Source: a bacterium (GTDB taxonomy: Bacteria > Muiribacteriota > UBA6191). From it: a stretch of 61,602 bases of DNA. Position numbers and translations under genes: made by a program. The notes beneath the pieces were generated by a model. It was not told the DNA's origin and ran no database searches. It saw nothing but the letters and a program-made list of their open reading frames with translations. Positions 56,973 to 61,602 of the stretch are shown here, in pieces (the stretch's first letter is position 1; each line of letters starts with the position of its first letter). The stretch lies in NCBI GenBank assembly GCA_036339875.1, contig JAYZAC010000099.1, positions 1 through 61,602 on the forward strand, read 5' to 3'.

Positions 56973-58613
56973 TCAACCTAAATAACCCAGTTTTTTTAAT
57001 CGCTGATATTGCTCATCACCCAATGGAACTTTCAGAGAAGCTTTTTGACGATATATATCCTGATGACTGAAACAAGGCTCATTTTCTAAATCAAGCAGCT
57101 CAGTTAGAACCCTCCCATCCATTTCATAAGGTATCTGTAAGCCCACTGAATGTAATAAAGTTGGAGCTATATCTTCTAATCGAGCCGGAAATTTTAATTT
57201 TTTATTCTTTGCTATTTTATTGCCTGAACAAAATAAAATACCCTCCATACGATGATTACCGGAATGATTAACACCCGGCTCATCCCACAGCATATTACGC
57301 TTAAATTCTTGACCGCCTCTAGATATGTAAGAATAATCTCGCATATTCAATACTAAATCAGGAGCTTTCCAGACAAAGGGGCCATTATAAGTCTCTTCCG
57401 CCAGGAATACTTCATCGACTATGCGATTACCATTATCTCGCAAAGATAGTAAATCTTGGATCAGTTCCGCTCTTATGGAATAATATTCCTCTGAATTCGG
57501 CTCAATCCATCCATGCTTGAATCGATCTCTTCTGTGTATATAAACATTTCCAAAAAGACCTGCTACAAAACACTTCAAGCGCTCAAAGTCCAATGCCTCA
57601 AAACATTTTTGCTGCGGAGGTACTCTTTCTTGCCAGAATCCAAAATGACAAAGAAATGAATATATTTTTCGAGTAAGATAACCGCCTCGCCAAGCGGGAT
57701 GTTTACACATTGCATCAGTAAGTGCGTCAACGTCAAACTTGAGATACCCTAATTGGAGCAAGTAATGATTGAGGTAGATATCTTTTTGTAGCTCACCAAA
57801 CCCATGGTCGGAGACTATAATTATTGTAGGTGAGCCTCCCACTTCATTAAGTATTTTACCAATCGACTCATCTATTTTTCTGAAGACATTTCTGACCACA
57901 TGTTCATATTTCCAACCGCGTCCCCCTGTTACAAAATCTTGTTGGGCATAAAATGCGTGCAAAACCCTATCCAGACCTACCCAAACATTACACAATATAT
58001 CTGTTGGAAACTCACGTCGAAGATCTAAAAGCATTTTAGTCCGAGCTTCTATCATAGAAAATACTTGCTGAACAAAATAATCCATATCTTGGTACCAAAA
58101 TGACATTACATCAATAAGAACTTCTGGGTGCTTTTGAAGAATGTATTCTTGAACTCTAGGATTTTGTGTAAGCTGTTTTACTGAGGGAGTATGCATTCCA
58201 CCAATCATGTAACTGCGGTCAAGACGCATGATTTCTGCAGGAAAAGTTAAGGGCATATTAATGATAGCCGCACTAAAACCAGACTCTTCTAGATAATCCC
58301 AAAAACCCCTAGTTTGTCTATCAATACTGGTATTTAATACAGGTTCATAAGTTTGTAATGGAACCTCTCCAAAGTCATAAATACCATGCTTACCTGGATT
58401 AACACCGCAAGCAAAACTTGACCAGGCTTGAGGAGTTAATGGAGGAATTGTTGAAAGTAGCGAGTTATAACTACCGTTCTGCGAAAGACACTTTAAATTT
58501 GGAAGATCCCCCTCGTCCATTAACTGACGTGTGAGATAAAAATCAGCCCCATCTATACCAAAAATAACGCATTTTTCCACCGGTTTCAGTGTAGCATGAT
58601 TAAGTGATTGCAT
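56973..58613 (-). CDS. alkaline-phosphatase-superfamily enzyme (type I phosphodiesterase / nucleotide pyrophosphatase-like)
   Basis: FGIDGADF (metal Asp), PPLTPQAWSSFACGVNPGKHGI (nucleophile Thr region), and VSDHGF. The start is ambiguous (58613, 58625 or 58679), and the longer versions overlap the divergent GT2 gene. Confidence 0.75.
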   Translation of the reverse strand: MQSLNHATLKPVEKCVIFGIDGADFYLTRQLMDEGDLPNLKCLSQNGSYNSLLSTIPPLTPQAWSSFACGVNPGKHGIYDFGEVPLQTYEPVLNTSIDRQTRGFWDYLEESGFSAAIINMPLTFPAEIMRLDRSYMIGGMHTPSVKQLTQNPRVQEYILQKHPEVLIDVMSFWYQDMDYFVQQVFSMIEARTKMLLDLRREFPTDILCNVWVGLDRVLHAFYAQQDFVTGGRGWKYEHVVRNVFRKIDESIGKILNEVGGSPTIIIVSDHGFGELQKDIYLNHYLLQLGYLKFDVDALTDAMCKHPAWRGGYLTRKIYSFLCHFGFWQERVPPQQKCFEALDFERLKCFVAGLFGNVYIHRRDRFKHGWIEPNSEEYYSIRAELIQDLLSLRDNGNRIVDEVFLAEETYNGPFVWKAPDLVLNMRDYSYISRGGQEFKRNMLWDEPGVNHSGNHRMEGILFCSGNKIAKNKKLKFPARLEDIAPTLLHSVGLQIPYEMDGRVLTELLDLENEPCFSHQDIYRQKASLKVPLGDEQYQRLKKLGYLG

Positions 58614-59319
58614 GGATTTAAGCATTATTATAGTTAGCCACCAGCACGATTTTTTTTTAGATAGCTTATTAAAAAGCATTTCTGATCAAGAAAATTTGAA
58701 CAACTATGAAATTCTTCTTCTACATAATCTACATTCAGATTATAAAAGCCCATTTTCGATTAGAGAATTTACTAACCCTAAGCCACTTGGATTGTCAGAA
58801 AATTTAAATTTTTTAATCAAGCAAGTTCAAAGTCCTATTAGTTTGATTTTAAATCCCGATACAGTACTACCAAGTCTTTGTCTGCAGAAATGCCTCGAAA
58901 AGCTCAAATCTGATCATGTGCTAAGTTGCCCTGCCTTCCATCCCGAAGGTAGAAGACTAGTTAATCTTAGACCTTTCCCTACCATTAAAGACATTTTATG
59001 GGAGCGTTTCATAGAACCTACTTCAAGGCTTAAAACTCAAGCTAAATTAGAATTGAAGCCAGATAATAACTGTTGGCTACAAGGCTCTTTTTTAATGGCA
59101 GAAACCAAAGTTTTTCAAAAAGTAGGTTTTGACCCGAGTTACGCTTTGTACTTTGAAGATGTTGATTTTTTTCGAAGAGCTCGTCGGCTAAATATAGCCG
59201 TACAATATGAACAATCAACATACTATGTGCATGAACATTGCAGAGCTAGTAGTGAATTATTTTCAAGCGAATTTTGGATTCACTGCCGATCTGCAATTCG
59301 TTATTTCATGGGATTCTAG
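58612..59319 (+). CDS. glycosyltransferase family 2
   Basis: MDLSIIIVSHQ, LILNPDT, and YFEDVDFFRRARRLN are typical of GT2 (WbbL-like) enzymes. Confidence 0.8.
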   Translation: MDLSIIIVSHQHDFFLDSLLKSISDQENLNNYEILLLHNLHSDYKSPFSIREFTNPKPLGLSENLNFLIKQVQSPISLILNPDTVLPSLCLQKCLEKLKSDHVLSCPAFHPEGRRLVNLRPFPTIKDILWERFIEPTSRLKTQAKLELKPDNNCWLQGSFLMAETKVFQKVGFDPSYALYFEDVDFFRRARRLNIAVQYEQSTYYVHEHCRASSELFSSEFWIHCRSAIRYFMGF

Positions 59320-60519
59320 TCAAGCTTTCAAGTAACATTTCGCTGGACTATTAACCATACCTGTACCCTGAGCACGATGAGATCTCACTATTAGCTCAAA
59401 CTCCCTAACTCGCCAATCGTATGCTTCGTTTGTTACTAAGGAAGCATATTCGTCAGGCCAAATCGATATACTGATTGTGTACAGTGAAGCGAGTAAATTG
59501 AGTTTTTCGAATTCAAATACGAGGGTGGCTTCTCCCCTACTGAGATCTATACGCTCTTTTAATCTATAATTATTTGTAGCCATCACCATTAGATTATCAT
59601 TCCGAAAAAATTCTAAACGAAATAAAGGGTTGTACACTTGATCTAAATTAATTTTGACCGTTACTTCTATTTTTAGGGTTTCTCCTGAGCTAATCGTTTT
59701 GACTTCGTGATTGTCGAAGTTTAATAACCTAACAAATTCAATATTTATCTGATCTGGACTTAAACCGCGAGGAGCTGGAGGCAAAACACTGGGGGCATAT
59801 AATCCTTTTTCTTCACAACGTTTCAGGTACTCGCCTAACACTTGGTCGGTATCGGAATGCATGATTACTTGTCCACTTTCTAGCAAAAGCAACTCATCAC
59901 ACAAATGAGCAATCTCAGACATATTGTGAGAAGCAATTAGAAGCGACGATCCTTCACGAATTAGATCTCGCATACGACCCATACATTGTCGTTGAAACGC
60001 CAAATCACCCACGGATAAAACCTCGTCAATTAGCAGTAAATCAAATTGCTGATATAGAATATAAGCGATTCCCAAACGCATGCGCATTCCAGCGGAATAT
60101 TCTCTTACGGGTCGATGAATAAATTGACCAATTGCAGCAAATTCCAAGATTGTTTTCAAAATTTCATGTAAGTGTGAGTCTGGATATCCATGACAAGCAT
60201 TCATCATAAATAAGTTTTCATAACCACTAAAATCTGGATGAAATAACAGATTTAGGTCAATTGCTGTTAGGCATTTGGGGGGTCTTATGATCTCACCCTC
60301 AAAAGGTATTAAACCTGCAACAGCCCTGAGTAGGCTACTTTTTCCAGCGCCATTATCACCCACGATTCCAATCGCTTGGCCTTTGTTCAAAGAAAAGCTT
60401 ATAGGTTGTAACCCCCAGTGACTTTCCCCTTGAAAAGGATCTGACTGAGAGAATAAAGTCCCAGCCCCTCTTGGAGTGTCATAGCGTACTACTAAGTTTT
60501 TAACCTCTAAATTGACCAT
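59320..60519 (-). CDS. polysaccharide-export ABC transporter ATP-binding protein (Wzt/TagH-like) with a C-terminal extra domain
   Basis: Walker A GDNGAGKSSLL, signature SAGMRMRLG, and Walker B LLLIDEVL. A C-terminal domain of about 150 aa sits as in Wzt. The start is the Met at 60519 or the ATG at 60540. Confidence 0.85.
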   Translation of the reverse strand: MVNLEVKNLVVRYDTPRGAGTLFSQSDPFQGESHWGLQPISFSLNKGQAIGIVGDNGAGKSSLLRAVAGLIPFEGEIIRPPKCLTAIDLNLLFHPDFSGYENLFMMNACHGYPDSHLHEILKTILEFAAIGQFIHRPVREYSAGMRMRLGIAYILYQQFDLLLIDEVLSVGDLAFQRQCMGRMRDLIREGSSLLIASHNMSEIAHLCDELLLLESGQVIMHSDTDQVLGEYLKRCEEKGLYAPSVLPPAPRGLSPDQINIEFVRLLNFDNHEVKTISSGETLKIEVTVKINLDQVYNPLFRLEFFRNDNLMVMATNNYRLKERIDLSRGEATLVFEFEKLNLLASLYTISISIWPDEYASLVTNEAYDWRVREFELIVRSHRAQGTGMVNSPAKCYLKA

Positions 60520-60587
60520 ACAGTATGCTAACAAATTCAAACCCGAACTGCGCTTTTGGGATTTTCATTTGTGATAAACTTGAAGGT

Positions 60588-61496
60588 ATGTTCGCCGTAA
60601 TTGTTAACCAAGAGGCCAAAGAGTACTCAGACAAACTTCTAGAAAGAGTCTTAAGTTACTTAAAAATTCATGACAAAATTTTCGAATTATTCAATTATAC
60701 TTCATCACATAAGTCAGTCGAAGTTTTTAAAAGTGCCTTAAATTCAGATAATTCAACAATGATTTTAATGGGTGGAGACAGAAGTCTTCGTCTTTTAATT
60801 CAGACCGCTATCGATTCTAATATCAAAAAGAACATTGGACTTATTCCTATTGACTCAACGAACAAATCATCTGAATGTCTACAAATTTCCAAAGATATAG
60901 AAGAAGCATGTGAAATGATTTGTATAGGCTTTAGCTTGAATATCAGTTTAGGTGCCGTACAACTAGATAATGGAGAAATTTATTATTTCCATCACTCGGC
61001 TAATGTAGGTTTAAAGGCTGAAATTATCCATCAAACTGCATCCTTGAAATCTAACAAAATCACTCATAAAGGATTTTATACTATTAATTCACTTCGAAAA
61101 ACTCTGCTTGAAAGACCCAAAAAATTTGATGTCCATTACTCCGATCAGACTCTTGTGGGAACAGGACTCATAATAGGTAATGGTGAGATTTTGGATAAAT
61201 CATCGGATCTTACAATAAAAAGACTATTAAGCAGCAGTCTCCATTCATGTTTGTTAACTGACAATAGTAAGTTGCCAGTTGCTGAATTTCTGCTGAGGGA
61301 TAAACTAGGCGACTATTCTAAAATGAAACAAGTCGAACTGTTTGAATCTGAAGAAATACTAATTCATAAGCCAAATATCCCTATCTCCGTCGATGGTGAG
61401 TACGTCGGAAATACGCCCGCAAAATTTTGGCGACTTTCAAATGCGTACCCAATTATCACTAACGATTACAAATCAGAGTTACTTAAAAAGTATTAG
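60588..61496 (+). CDS. diacylglycerol-kinase-catalytic-domain (YegS/LCB5-like) lipid kinase family protein
   Basis: FAVIVNQ start, GGDRSL in place of GGDGT, and the C-terminal ISVDGEYVG pattern. The ORF-track start at 60525 overlaps the ABC gene, so the internal Met at 60588 is preferred. Confidence 0.65.
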   Translation: MFAVIVNQEAKEYSDKLLERVLSYLKIHDKIFELFNYTSSHKSVEVFKSALNSDNSTMILMGGDRSLRLLIQTAIDSNIKKNIGLIPIDSTNKSSECLQISKDIEEACEMICIGFSLNISLGAVQLDNGEIYYFHHSANVGLKAEIIHQTASLKSNKITHKGFYTINSLRKTLLERPKKFDVHYSDQTLVGTGLIIGNGEILDKSSDLTIKRLLSSSLHSCLLTDNSKLPVAEFLLRDKLGDYSKMKQVELFESEEILIHKPNIPISVDGEYVGNTPAKFWRLSNAYPIITNDYKSELLKKY

Positions 61497-61602
61497 GCTT
61501 CTTTTGAAAATCTATCCAGAAGATTAAGCACATCAGTATTACTCTCGCAATTACAGAGTGCTTCTCTGAATATTGTATAGCTTGGAGTCCCTTTAAGATA
61601 CT

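Noticed and set aside
61493-61602. A possible C-terminal fragment of a minus-strand gene entering from the right edge (one frame ends ...LNLLDRFSKEA, with its stop overlapping the stop of the kinase-like gene).
   Set aside because: Two minus-strand frames stay open over these 110 nt and neither contains a recognisable motif, so it cannot be called from the window alone.
1-61602. CRISPR arrays, tandem or interspersed DNA repeats, IS elements, tRNA and rRNA genes.
   Set aside because: Reading both strands, I found no regularly spaced direct repeats, no terminal inverted repeats flanking a transposase-like ORF, and no tRNA-like T-arm other than the one in the tmRNA.

Overview
This is a densely coding, visibly AT-rich 61.6-kb bacterial chromosomal window using the standard code (TAA, TAG and TGA all end clear genes). 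I found one RNA gene, a tmRNA at 478-830. I saw no tRNA, rRNA, CRISPR array, transposase, integrase or phage structural gene.

Recognisable housekeeping genes:
- A reverse-transsulfuration-like pair (CysK/MccA-like and cystathionine gamma-lyase-like) packed into one string with clpP.
- rimO, panB, moeA, ung, ruvC, a YebC-family gene, rpoN, mutS2 and dusA.

Regulatory genes:
- A sigma-54 enhancer-binding protein with a degenerate receiver domain.
- A classical histidine kinase.
- A REC-HK-pseudoREC hybrid.
- Two adjacent HTH plus coiled-coil proteins.

There are two surface-glycan loci:
- About 24.8-29 kb: GT4, a B12-radical SAM enzyme, an SDR epimerase and DUF4159.
- About 54.8-61.5 kb: two SDR epimerases, an AlkP-family enzyme, GT2, a Wzt-like ABC ATPase without a permease, and a DAG-kinase-like protein.

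Many secreted, lipoprotein or TPR proteins have no assignable function.

Most unusual items:
1. A 3089-aa protein that is essentially all TPR (7349-16618).
2. A low-density, AT-rich islet of three uncharacterised genes, two of them MerR- or excisionase-type HTH plus coiled coil, with recurring GAACAG/GAAACAR sites (17.9-20.6 kb).
3. A co-directional minus-strand string of S8 protease, RNHCP zinc protein, a 1024-aa hyper-acidic protein with DFNPF and polyproline motifs plus a helical-repeat C-terminus, a small secreted protein and a histidine kinase (32.1-38.9 kb).
4. A secreted protein combining a CxxCH haem-c motif with a six-hairpin-like domain.

I cannot show from sequence alone that any of these is a new system, so all functional readings are labelled as inference. 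Lineage cannot be assigned without a search. The combination of MutS2, RpoN, FlgA and many TPR proteins at low GC merely hints at a Bdellovibrionota-, Oligoflexia- or spirochaete-like organism.
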